Source of the DNA: a virus
Taxonomy: Duplodnaviria > Caudoviricetes
Length of the DNA: 52,149 nt
IMG/VR virus record: IMGVR_UViG_3300037756_000051
Span: 1 to 52,149 of that record
Reading direction: 5' to 3' (one strand)
The notes under the pieces: model-generated
Told to the model about the DNA's origin: nothing
The model's input: only the letters and a program-made list of their open reading frames with translations
The model's database searches: none
Shown here: positions 43,705 to 52,149 of the stretch, piece after piece
Layout of the letters: every line of letters starts with the position of its first letter
Numbering within the stretch: position 1 is the stretch's first letter
Position numbers and translations under genes: made by a program

Positions 43705-44616
43705 ATGCCCGCCACACGTCTAAAGCGTATCTGTTCGGTTGCCAACTGCGAAAATCCAACCGTTGGCCGTGGCTTATGCAGAAAACATTACCTGCGACAG
43801 TATAAACGTCCAGATGGGGACCTCTCCGATCCCAAGTTTGCTGACGGCTGTTCGGTTGCCGGGTGCAAGGGCAAACACCACAGTCACGGACTTTGCAGAA
43901 CGCACGTCATGGCGAAGCAATCTGCTGGTCCTCTCTCCTTGGAGAGGCTCAAGGAAGTGCTGCATTATGATGCAGATGCGCGCGTTTTCTATTGGCGTGC
44001 TGATCGCGGCAAGAACAAGGCTGGGTCGGTAGCCGGCAGCGTTCAGACGGACGGTTATTCGCGCATCATGATCGACCACAAGGGCTATTCGGTCTCGCGG
44101 CTTGCTCACTTCTATGAACATGGGGAATGGCCGTCGAAGTCAGGCGATCTGACGCAGGACCTTCTCAAAAGGTTGTTCGAATACGACCCCGAGACTGGTT
44201 TCTTCTGGCATCGGACGGTCAAGGACGACAGCGAAAGAACGCGCCGGGCTGGGGCTATCGCTGGCGGAGGCTATCGCTACATCAAGATCAACCACAAGAG
44301 TTACCTCGCCCAACGTCTGGCCTTCCTCTACATGATTGGCCGTTGGCCAAGCCGCCACGTCGATCATAGAGATCGTGATCGTGACAATAACGCTTGGCGC
44401 AATCTGAGGGAGGCCACGCGTCGCCAGAACAGCGGCAACCAAGCCGCCCGCGTCAATAATAAGCTCGGCGTGAAGGGCGTTCACCGCGTTCGCAACGGAT
44501 ACCGCGCCGTCGTTGCTCGGAAGCATCTCGGCACATTTGCAACCATCGAAGAAGCAAGCGCCGCCTATGAAGCGGGAGCTAAAAAGTATTTCGGTGAATT
44601 CGCAAGATCTTCATAG
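43705..44616 (+). CDS. HNH-AP2 homing endonuclease with two N-terminal C3H zinc fingers
   Basis: CSV..C...GLC..H twice, duplicated module, VDHRD.D.DNN.W.NLR; AGGAGG RBS before ATG 43705. Confidence 0.85.
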   Translation: MPATRLKRICSVANCENPTVGRGLCRKHYLRQYKRPDGDLSDPKFADGCSVAGCKGKHHSHGLCRTHVMAKQSAGPLSLERLKEVLHYDADARVFYWRADRGKNKAGSVAGSVQTDGYSRIMIDHKGYSVSRLAHFYEHGEWPSKSGDLTQDLLKRLFEYDPETGFFWHRTVKDDSERTRRAGAIAGGGYRYIKINHKSYLAQRLAFLYMIGRWPSRHVDHRDRDRDNNAWRNLREATRRQNSGNQAARVNNKLGVKGVHRVRNGYRAVVARKHLGTFATIEEASAAYEAGAKKYFGEFARSS

Positions 44617-44628
44617 GGATATTTAAGT

Positions 44629-45891
44629 ATGGGATACACCGGCAGCCCTCCAAACCAAGTTTATCAAAGGACGGACGGCAGCAGAACTGGATCTGCTGTA
44701 AATGTTGAGGCAGATAATGCCGCGATTAATAATACAAGCGCCCTAGCTGACGCAAGAGAAAACGACTTAGCGGCAGCGATAAACTTGCTGTGGCTAAGAA
44801 ACGGCGGGAATGCTCCGACCGCGAACCTCCCAATGAACACCAAGAAGTTCACCGGGATGGCTCAAGGCTCGGCGCGGACGGACAGCTTGCGTATCGACCA
44901 GGTGCAGGACAATGATTTTGTCTATGCAGGCACGGTCGGTGGCACCGCGGATGCGATCGAACTGACGACCGTGCCGACATGTACGCCGGTTGAAGGCATG
45001 ACGATTGTCTTCATTCCGGGATCAGACAGCACGAGCACGGTTACGGTTGATCTCAATGGGGACGGCGCGACGGCGCTGCAATATAATGCGGCGGCGCTTA
45101 GTGGCGGTGAAGTGCAAGCAGGCTTGCCGGCGCGGATCACGCATGACGGCACGCAATGGCAACTTGAAAACCCATATCACGGCTATGCGCCGCAGAATGC
45201 GAATGTCAAAGCCCTTGCCGGGCTGACCGGCGCTGCTGACAAGCTCCCGTATTTCACCAGCGCCAGCGCAATGGCGAATGCCGATCTGTCCAGCTTCGGA
45301 CGGACATTGATCGACGACGCCAGCGCCAGTGCTGCACGAACGACACTCGGGCTTGCAATCGGAACGGATGTGCAAGCCTTCGATGCCGGGCTTACGAATA
45401 TGACCGGCGCAATCGTAGCATGGCCGACTGCAACAGCACCGACCGGTTGGCTCGAATGCGACGGCGCGGCGGTCTCGCGAACAACGTATTCAGCACTCTT
45501 TGCTATCATCGCTGAAACGTATGGTGACGGCGACGCCTCCACGACGTTCAATTTGCCCGATTTGCGCGGTGAGTTCATCCGTGGCTTTGATAATGGGGCA
45601 GGCAATGATCCGGATGCAGCCTCGCGCACGGACCGCGGCGATGCAACCACCGGGGATAATGTCGGGACGAAGCAGGATTTTGCAGTTGAAAACGCAACTG
45701 GCCGACTTGGCAAAGTAATTGGCGATTCTAACACTGTTGACGGCGTATTTGCTGCCGTAAGTGCCGGAACTGGATATGGTACAGGCGGCGGCACCTTGGA
45801 ACATGTCGATATGGATCTCAGCACTCAGCTTCAAACCTCAACAGAAACCCGCCCCCGCAACGTCGCCATGATGTGGATCATCAAGACTTAA
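44629..45891 (+). CDS. tail fibre protein with phage tail collar domain
   Basis: GAIVAW....PTGWLECDG.AVSRTTYS.LF...TFNLPDLRGEFIRG.D...ETRPRNVA. Confidence 0.85.
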   Translation: MGYTGSPPNQVYQRTDGSRTGSAVNVEADNAAINNTSALADARENDLAAAINLLWLRNGGNAPTANLPMNTKKFTGMAQGSARTDSLRIDQVQDNDFVYAGTVGGTADAIELTTVPTCTPVEGMTIVFIPGSDSTSTVTVDLNGDGATALQYNAAALSGGEVQAGLPARITHDGTQWQLENPYHGYAPQNANVKALAGLTGAADKLPYFTSASAMANADLSSFGRTLIDDASASAARTTLGLAIGTDVQAFDAGLTNMTGAIVAWPTATAPTGWLECDGAAVSRTTYSALFAIIAETYGDGDASTTFNLPDLRGEFIRGFDNGAGNDPDAASRTDRGDATTGDNVGTKQDFAVENATGRLGKVIGDSNTVDGVFAAVSAGTGYGTGGGTLEHVDMDLSTQLQTSTETRPRNVAMMWIIKT

Positions 45892-46510
45892 GATCCCACC
45901 GTTCCCAAATAAACGGATACCGCCAAGTCAGATTATGACTTTTTTCCAAGTCTCGTGAAATTGCATCATAGCGCGCTCGGGAATCGTCCTCGACGAGATG
46001 GAACTGAACAACGAGCGCCTTTATCCTGCTGATTTCCCCTGCGCTGATGAGCTTTTCAATGATGGCAAATTCCTCGCCCTCAACGTTCAGCGCCAACAAA
46101 GCGGCGTCACCGTTCTCGGTGAGGATATCGGAAATGCAGCGCATGCGCGCTTTCACCGCGTTTCCTTGTCGCTTGTAAGCGCTGGAACCCTCGCCGTTGA
46201 TGTGAATGTCAACTTCGGCGTTACGATCCGAAAGCCCGGCGCAGTGAACCTCCACGTTGGCGAGGTCTTGCGTTGCGTTTTTTGCTTGGTCGAAGAATTC
46301 GGAGATTGGCTCGAAGCCGATCACATGAGGCTTTCCACAAGCTGCGATGCGGCGCGTGAACTCTCCAAGGTAGCAGCCGCCTTCAATAACGGTGTCGCCA
46401 TCTTCAAACTCGAAGTCAGTCAGCAAAGTATCATTGCCGCGCTGCCACTTCCATCTTTTCAAGGCTCTGTATTGGTCATTGACCGCAAACTTTATAACAT
46501 TCAATCCCAT
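45881..46510 (-). CDS. FkbM-family methyltransferase
   Basis: VIEGG.Y.GEF...GFEP...LLALNVEGEEF...VQFH. Start uncertain (ATG 46510 or TTG 46579). Confidence 0.75.
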   Translation of the reverse strand: MGLNVIKFAVNDQYRALKRWKWQRGNDTLLTDFEFEDGDTVIEGGCYLGEFTRRIAACGKPHVIGFEPISEFFDQAKNATQDLANVEVHCAGLSDRNAEVDIHINGEGSSAYKRQGNAVKARMRCISDILTENGDAALLALNVEGEEFAIIEKLISAGEISRIKALVVQFHLVEDDSRARYDAISRDLEKSHNLTWRYPFIWERWDLKS

Positions 46511-46581
46511 AAGTAATTCCTCGTAGATGCCGAAATAGACACTGCGAGCAACCTTACAAACCCATTCCCATGAAAGCAAGA

Positions 46582-46731
46582 GTGAAACAGTTCAGCTTCC
46601 ACATTATCGGCCTGCCACACACTTGCCTGACAGAGGATTTCACAGCTTGCGCCTTCACCTTCCGCGTTCTCAAATTCTGCGGGATGATGACGGGGCTAGG
46701 TCATACCGTCTATCTGTACGGCGGCTGTTGA
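46582..46731 (+). pseudogene. N-terminal fragment of a glycosyltransferase
   Basis: FHIIGLPHT...TACAFT.RV.KFC.MM..LGHTVYLYG then stop; resembles the N-terminus of phage GT-B glycosyltransferases. Confidence 0.55.
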
Positions 46732-46826
46732 CTGGCGATCTATGAGCTTTATTTCATCAGGGGTAACTGAAAGATATTGGTACACCCCTGTTCCGCCCAA
46801 ACTTAACACATAAGACCTGAGAATAC

Positions 46827-46848
46827 ACCCGCTTCTGGCGGGTTTTTT
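46827..46848 (+). terminator. intrinsic terminator
   Basis: ACCCGC-TTCTG-GCGGGT followed by a T run. Confidence 0.65.
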
Positions 46849-46876
46849 GTTGCCCTCCAAGGAAATCACCACACAG

Positions 46877-48766
46877 ATGTCAGTCTTCGCGCCTCTGGGC
46901 GATTCGACAATTATTTCCTGCACCCAGACGGATCAGCGCGTTGCGCTTCCGACGCTGCCGGCAGATGCGCCGACCATCCGCCTTATGGCGGAAACGGCTG
47001 GCTTGCTGGCCTTGTGGGTCAAGCTGGGCGACAACACCGTCACCGGCAGCAAGACCACATCCATGCGCATCCAGCCCGGCTCGGTTATCGATACCGCGGC
47101 GTTTATCGGCGTGAGTGCGAGCGAAACGCATCTGTCGATCTTCTGCGAAGGCCGTGAAGGCAATGTCGTCATGACCGGCGGCAGAGTGCTCAATGAAACC
47201 ACCGGGCTGACGGGTGCGACAGGACCGACAGGGCCAACTGGCGCGACAGGCCCCACCGGGGCCGATGGAGCGCATCCCGGTTATAGGTTCCTGTTCGACA
47301 GTTCGACCACAATGGCTGATCCTGGGGCCGGTGATTTCCGCCTCAATAATGCGACACTGGCCTCGGTGACAGCCGCGGCGGTCTCGGATAACTCGGCGGA
47401 TGCCGGAAATCCCGATGTCTCTGCGGCAGTGCTTGCGTGGGATGACAGCACGAATTCGGTTCGCGGTACGCTCTACATCAAGCAAATCGCTGATCCGGCA
47501 AACTTTGCCATATATAACGTCACCGGAGCAAGTGTGGACAACGTAGGGTGGACGCAGCTTGCGCTGACTTACGTGACTGGCGCTGGAACGCTGTCGAATA
47601 CTGATCCTTGCGTCCTGGAATTTGCGCGGGCCGGGGATCTTGGCGCAACCGGACCAACCGGTGCAACAGGACCAGCGGGAGCTGGCGATGTCGTCGGCCC
47701 GGCATCGGCAACAGACAACGCCATTGCTCGTTATGACGGCACAACCGGAAAACTCATTCAGAACTCCGGCGTCACCATCGATGACAGCGACAACGTTTCC
47801 GGTGCGGCAAGCATCACCCTATCCGGAGCAAATGGCGTCGATGTAAACCCCGGATCGGATATCGACGCGGATCTGCTGACGGTAGGCGTTACGGGTGCTC
47901 CGACTTTCTCATGGGATGAAAGTTCAAATCAGTTCCGCTCAACACACGGATTGATCATTGGTGCGACCGGAGACGGCGCGCATACGATTGCCGGCGTGTC
48001 CATCGTCTCCAATTTTGAAATCCATTCCGAGGGCGGTACCGATCCTGGCGGACTGTCCGTCCATCGTCATGCTGATAGCCAAGTGCTTGGCGGCCATGCG
48101 TTATTCTTGAAAAGCCGGGGAACGCACGCCAGCCCGACTGTTGTCGCTGATAATGATATTCTCGCTTGGCTCGACGGCCTAGGCTATGACGGCACGGATT
48201 ATGAATCCGCCGCCGCGATCCAGTTTCTGATCGATGGCACTCCCGGCAATAACGACATGCCGGGAGAGATCGCGTTTTTCACCAATGCAGGCAGCCAGAC
48301 GCTTACGCGGCGTATGTCGATCCGGGCGGACGGTAGCGTTGAAATCGTTAGCGCAACACTCACATTAAACGGCAACGCCGCCCTTGATGTTGGCGACATC
48401 AATGCAAGCGTCCAAGCTTTTGACGCCGATACACTGAAAGCCGACACTCCAGACACGCTGACGGCAGGCTTTGCTCACACCGTCGACAATGACGGCACGC
48501 AGTCCACCGGGACATACACGCCGGATCAGGACGGCGGCAACATGAAACGCATCGTCAATGGCGGTGCCTTCACGCTTGCGCCGCCCACGGACGATTGCTG
48601 CATTATCGTTCAGATCACCAATAACGCATCGGCGGGAGCTGTCACCACATCCGGCTTTTCCGGGGTGTTCGGCGATGCTTTCACGACCACCGATGGCGAC
48701 GATTTTATCTGCACCATCATCAAGATCAACGGGTTCTCATCGCTCACAGTGCAGGATGTAAGCTGA
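46877..48766 (+). CDS. collagen-like fibre protein with N-terminal paralog-3 domain
   Basis: QRVAL...LGD.TV...TH N-terminal domain, two G-x-T triplet tracts, GDVVGPASATDNAIARYDG. Confidence 0.75.
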   Translation: MSVFAPLGDSTIISCTQTDQRVALPTLPADAPTIRLMAETAGLLALWVKLGDNTVTGSKTTSMRIQPGSVIDTAAFIGVSASETHLSIFCEGREGNVVMTGGRVLNETTGLTGATGPTGPTGATGPTGADGAHPGYRFLFDSSTTMADPGAGDFRLNNATLASVTAAAVSDNSADAGNPDVSAAVLAWDDSTNSVRGTLYIKQIADPANFAIYNVTGASVDNVGWTQLALTYVTGAGTLSNTDPCVLEFARAGDLGATGPTGATGPAGAGDVVGPASATDNAIARYDGTTGKLIQNSGVTIDDSDNVSGAASITLSGANGVDVNPGSDIDADLLTVGVTGAPTFSWDESSNQFRSTHGLIIGATGDGAHTIAGVSIVSNFEIHSEGGTDPGGLSVHRHADSQVLGGHALFLKSRGTHASPTVVADNDILAWLDGLGYDGTDYESAAAIQFLIDGTPGNNDMPGEIAFFTNAGSQTLTRRMSIRADGSVEIVSATLTLNGNAALDVGDINASVQAFDADTLKADTPDTLTAGFAHTVDNDGTQSTGTYTPDQDGGNMKRIVNGGAFTLAPPTDDCCIIVQITNNASAGAVTTSGFSGVFGDAFTTTDGDDFICTIIKINGFSSLTVQDVS

Positions 48767-49317
48767 TGTTTGCTGTCTTTCCTGCTCCCTATGTCGCCGC
48801 TGGCGGCGGAACTCCTACAGAAACAGGCTTCACCCTTGTCGGAACAGGGGAAACGGTTAATACTGGTGGTTCAGCTTGGAGTAACCCAGGAAACATTACC
48901 ACTGATGATGGCACTTCTGCAACTTGTAATGTTGGCACTGCTATTGGTGGGGCCACAGGGGATACTCTTAGGGGGTCTAATTGTGGGCTTGCCATTCCTG
49001 GCGGAGCTACAATAGACGGAATAGAAGTTCGCGTGCAGCTTTTATATTCTCCTAGCAATGGCATTCCTACGGTTAATTCTATAAATATAGGTAAGGATGA
49101 TAGTACGCCAGGAACAGCCAAGACACCAGGAACAGTTTTAACGACATCTTTCGTCGATTACGATTATGGAAGTTCATCTGATCTCTGGGGGTTGACATGG
49201 ACGGCCGCTGAAATCAATAGCACTGAGTTTCAAGCCTTTTTCGATTGTAATAACACAGGTTTCGGTGCTCAGGTCAATTGCGACGCCATGTGGATCAATG
49301 TCCATTATACGGCATAA
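48766..49317 (+). CDS. putative fibre tip / receptor-binding protein
   Basis: TGATG-coupled, Gly/Thr-rich, visibly more AT-rich than its neighbours. Confidence 0.5.
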   Translation: MFAVFPAPYVAAGGGTPTETGFTLVGTGETVNTGGSAWSNPGNITTDDGTSATCNVGTAIGGATGDTLRGSNCGLAIPGGATIDGIEVRVQLLYSPSNGIPTVNSINIGKDDSTPGTAKTPGTVLTTSFVDYDYGSSSDLWGLTWTAAEINSTEFQAFFDCNNTGFGAQVNCDAMWINVHYTA

Positions 49318-49346
49318 GCCCGCCCATTCCCGCAATCTCAATATCC

Positions 49347-49372
49347 AGCCCCTTCTCAGGGGCTTTTTCTTT
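49347..49372 (+). terminator. intrinsic terminator
   Basis: AGCCCCT-TCTC-AGGGGCT followed by a T run. Confidence 0.7.
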
Positions 49373-49398
49373 GAAAGCCTTTACCGAAAGGATAGCGT

Positions 49399-50247
49399 AT
49401 GGAAGCCGGAAAGCTTGCCCTCGATGAAATCAAATATTGGGAGCGCAATCTAAAGACGGGTACTTTCTATGATCGCGCTTACCAGGATAGTGAGGGTGTT
49501 TGGACGATCGGCTGGGGCACGATTCGATGGGATATGAAGACGCCCGTTAGAGAAGGCAACACAATCACCGAAGATGAGGCTGACCGCCAGCTTCGCAAGG
49601 AATGTCAGCGCATTGAGGATGCTTTAAATTCTAGCGTTAAAGTCCCATTGACGCAACCGCAGTTCGACGCGCTCATATCGCTGTTTTACAATATCGGCAT
49701 AGGCTGGTGCACGGGCATCGGGCACAAGCAGGCGACGTTTATCAAAAATCTGAACAAGGGTAATTATCTCGGCGTACCGGCCGGGATGCTGCAGTTCACA
49801 AGGGGGGCCATCAGTGGCAAGCATTACAATGGGCTTCTCAATCGTCGCAAGCGGGAAGTGAAAATCTGGCTGACCGATCCTGACAACGATATCGTCCCGC
49901 TGCCTGAAACAGTGGCCGTTCCTGCGGAAGGAACTGTCCCCGAGCCGATGCCACAGGCTGTGACGGAAGATCGGCCAACTATTCTTAAGACGGCCAAGGA
50001 CAGCAAGACCGTTAAGTGGGGCGTCGGAGCTTTCGCTACATGGCTCGCTACGCAGATCACCAATGCTTACGACTGGCTATTCGGTATCGTCAAGGAAGCC
50101 GGCCCGGAGATCGTCAGCCTTAAGACGCAGCTATCGCCTTTCGATGCGCTGATCAAAATGACGCCGACCATTCTCGTTGGCCTCACAGCCTTCTGCATCA
50201 TCGGCGTGATAGCACAGCGCATTTCCGATAGAGGAAAGCCACGATGA
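49399..50247 (+). CDS. endolysin, GH24 lysozyme with C-terminal hydrophobic extension
   Basis: E...AYQDSEGVWTIGWG, LTQPQFDALISL.YNIG, GLLNRRKRE. Confidence 0.9.
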   Translation: MEAGKLALDEIKYWERNLKTGTFYDRAYQDSEGVWTIGWGTIRWDMKTPVREGNTITEDEADRQLRKECQRIEDALNSSVKVPLTQPQFDALISLFYNIGIGWCTGIGHKQATFIKNLNKGNYLGVPAGMLQFTRGAISGKHYNGLLNRRKREVKIWLTDPDNDIVPLPETVAVPAEGTVPEPMPQAVTEDRPTILKTAKDSKTVKWGVGAFATWLATQITNAYDWLFGIVKEAGPEIVSLKTQLSPFDALIKMTPTILVGLTAFCIIGVIAQRISDRGKPR

Positions 50248-50579
50248 TCGGCGGTCTTGTAGCGCTGGCGTTCAACCCATCGTTCTGGATGGCCATCGCG
50301 TTTACAGTGGCGGTGTCATTTTCAGGAGGCTTTTTCAAGGGCTGGAACGCCTCGAACGCCGATCACTGGCGCGATCAGGTCACGGAGATGCAGCGCGCCG
50401 CTGTGCAGAAGGAAGCCATCATCAAAGCCGACGCGAAGCGCGCCGAAGCCGACCAATCCGAAATCGCCAGACTTAACGCGACACTCGAAAGCGTCATCCA
50501 TGAGCATAAGATGTCTTCTTGCAAGCTGTCTCCTGCTGAGCTTGTCAGCCTGCGACGCCTCGCCTCCGGCAAGCATTGA
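50244..50579 (+). CDS. inner-membrane spanin (Rz-like)
   Basis: N-terminal TM helix plus coiled coil, after the endolysin. Confidence 0.7.
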   Translation: MIGGLVALAFNPSFWMAIAFTVAVSFSGGFFKGWNASNADHWRDQVTEMQRAAVQKEAIIKADAKRAEADQSEIARLNATLESVIHEHKMSSCKLSPAELVSLRRLASGKH

Positions 50580-50754
50580 CGTAGCCTTGTCCTGCCCGCC
50601 GGTCCCGTCCGACATTGTAGCTGAGAGCAAGCGCTCGCCGCGCGTTGAAGGCGATACAGCGGTTGAAGTTGGTGGCAGGTTGATCAACCAAGTTCATGTC
50701 AAAAACGCCGCCTTGAAGCGCGCTATCGCCGCTCATGAGGAATGCCGGAAATGA
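50500..50754 (+). CDS. outer-membrane spanin (Rz1-like lipoprotein)
   Basis: Lipobox LSAC, Pro-rich, overlaps the Rz-like gene in another frame. Confidence 0.7.
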   Translation: MSIRCLLASCLLLSLSACDASPPASIDVALSCPPVPSDIVAESKRSPRVEGDTAVEVGGRLINQVHVKNAALKRAIAAHEECRK

Positions 50755-50936
50755 GTGACGAACTAAAATGGTGCAAGTGCTGTAAACAGGACAAGCCCGC
50801 AAGTGAATTTCTGTCGCCGCGCCGCAAAAGCATACGCATCACGTTCTGCGATAGCTGCGCTCAAGCCAATATGGCAAAATGGGAGCGCACACAAAACGTT
50901 GGTTTGCGACCCGACCAAATTACGGACAGCGAATGA
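50751..50936 (+). CDS. small zinc-finger protein
   Basis: KWCKCC...K...EF...C..C. Confidence 0.5.
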   Translation: MSDELKWCKCCKQDKPASEFLSPRRKSIRITFCDSCAQANMAKWERTQNVGLRPDQITDSE

Positions 50937-51286
50937 CCGACCGCCTAAAATCCCTCACCGCTCTCTATCTCGTCATTCTTGGCTGCGCTCTCGCCGTCGT
51001 CTCCATGAAGGAAGACGATTACCGCTCTCGGGCGTCACGCCTCGATCTGAAAGTCATGACGCTGGAGCTTAAAGGCCAGTCTGCCGTCATCGACCGCATG
51101 GGCGTCCTGAGAAATCAATCCCGCGCGAAGGCTGAACAGTTCGAAGCCGCCATGCTCCTGCTGACGATCGGCCTTATCATCGGATCGCTCGGCGCTCTGT
51201 TCGCTGCGCCGCTTGCGTTCATTCCGCTATTTGTAAGCGGGATTGCCGGGGCCGGGGCTGGTTACTTCGTCTGGCTGGCGGTGTGA
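50933..51286 (+). CDS. membrane protein, holin candidate
   Basis: Three hydrophobic segments near the lysis genes. Confidence 0.4.
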   Translation: MTDRLKSLTALYLVILGCALAVVSMKEDDYRSRASRLDLKVMTLELKGQSAVIDRMGVLRNQSRAKAEQFEAAMLLLTIGLIIGSLGALFAAPLAFIPLFVSGIAGAGAGYFVWLAV

Positions 51287-51288
51287 AA

Positions 51289-51860
51289 GAAGTATGGTTT
51301 TAAACCATACTTCACGCGACCTATTTCGACACGTCTCGGAAATGGTGGTTTTAAACCACTATTCGATAATGGTGCCGTCAGGCAAAGTCGGATTAATCGT
51401 GATCCAAGTGTGCAGGATTTCGTTGGCTTCGCCTTCATCACGCATGTTCACGGTTATCTCGTTCGCAAAGCCGTGTAAAATCAGCAGATCGCCCGGCTCA
51501 ACACCAGCCATTGCGGGATCATAGTCTTTGTGAACTCTATATTTCACTATTTGTGCTCTGGCTCGCGACAGAAAAATGACGGGAAGACCCAGCTTTGACG
51601 CTGGAAGAAGTTGCGTGCGGAACCTGATCTTGAGTCCTGCAATCCCTTTGAGCAGTCGTCGCCACCAGTGATCGTCTCATCTTGGCCGTGCCGCCTTCCC
51701 TACCCATACTCTACCAAATCCAGCGATTTAAGTACAGTGTGGCTTTACAAAATCGACGGTTTGTAAACCATCTTCGACACGTGTCGAAGATGCTCCCGTA
51801 CACGCACTTCGTCCCCTTTAAGGGACGATAAGCCCCTTAATGTCCCTTATAGGGGACATT
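51289..51860. repeat. two clusters of short palindromes
   Basis: 12-bp inverted repeat 51289-51313, 51345-51359, perfect 24-bp palindrome 51769-51792, GTCCC/GGGAC pairs at 51810-51827 and 51839-51860. Confidence 0.7.
51359..51547 (-). CDS. hypothetical protein
   Basis: ORF between two palindrome clusters; start uncertain. Confidence 0.35.
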   Translation of the reverse strand: MKYRVHKDYDPAMAGVEPGDLLILHGFANEITVNMRDEGEANEILHTWITINPTLPDGTIIE

Positions 51861-52149
51861 TGAATGAACGAACAAGCAGCGCAGCAACGCCGATCTAGAC
51901 CATCGACGCCGCTGCTGACCAAGGACGAAAGAGGTTTCGCCGATGGCTTCCAACAACATCAAGTAAAATCGGGACTGAAACATGGCAGCTACTACAAATG
52001 CGGAGCAGGGTGCAAATGGATTGGGTCGCCGGTATGCTCGACCGGATGCGGGAAAGTCAGCACGCGGATCGACAAGTACTGCTCAAGGTTTTAGAACATC
52101 AGGAGAAAATCATCGACCTGCTGTCAAACATGGAGCATACTCACAAGTC

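Noticed and set aside
44629-49317. Diversity-generating retroelement or invertible tail-fibre switch
   Set aside because: No reverse transcriptase or invertase, and no template/variable repeat pair seen in the window.
51600-51700. tRNA or tRNA-Sec-like gene
   Set aside because: Terminal GGAAG/CTTCC pairing exists, but there is no cloverleaf or TTCRA arm on either strand.
51864-52149. Assignment of the last ORF
   Set aside because: Several frames are open near the window edge and none has a recognisable motif.

Overview
A large part of a tailed dsDNA phage or prophage genome, almost all on the + strand, with podovirus-like (P22/T7-type short-tail) gene order. The host is probably alphaproteobacterial (inference only). 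No integrase or tRNA was recognised. Order: end of a C5 DNA methyltransferase; replication initiator with internal iterons; DnaB helicase; small accessory genes; about 1.7 kb of non-coding, heavily base-paired DNA; a divergent-promoter moron; an IS607-derived pro-Fanzor-type TnpB; terminases; portal; J-domain protein; scaffold; a major capsid gene split by two group I introns (one with a GIY-YIG endonuclease); adaptor and nozzle; tandem cassettes sharing an N-terminal targeting-like region but with different enzymatic C-termini (ART-like, HExxH peptidase-like); a second solo TnpB; ejection proteins; three free-standing HNH endonucleases; tail and head fibres; endolysin and spanins. Best candidates for new biology: (1) exchangeable virion-effector cassettes and a recurring M-x-R-L-x-x-A-L-x-G peptide in five putative internal proteins; (2) a translationally coupled pro-Fanzor whose N-terminus is read from the alternate frame of a dead tnpA; (3) an array of small pseudoknotted RNAs at 8075-8770. 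All family assignments come from motif recognition by eye, not from database searches.
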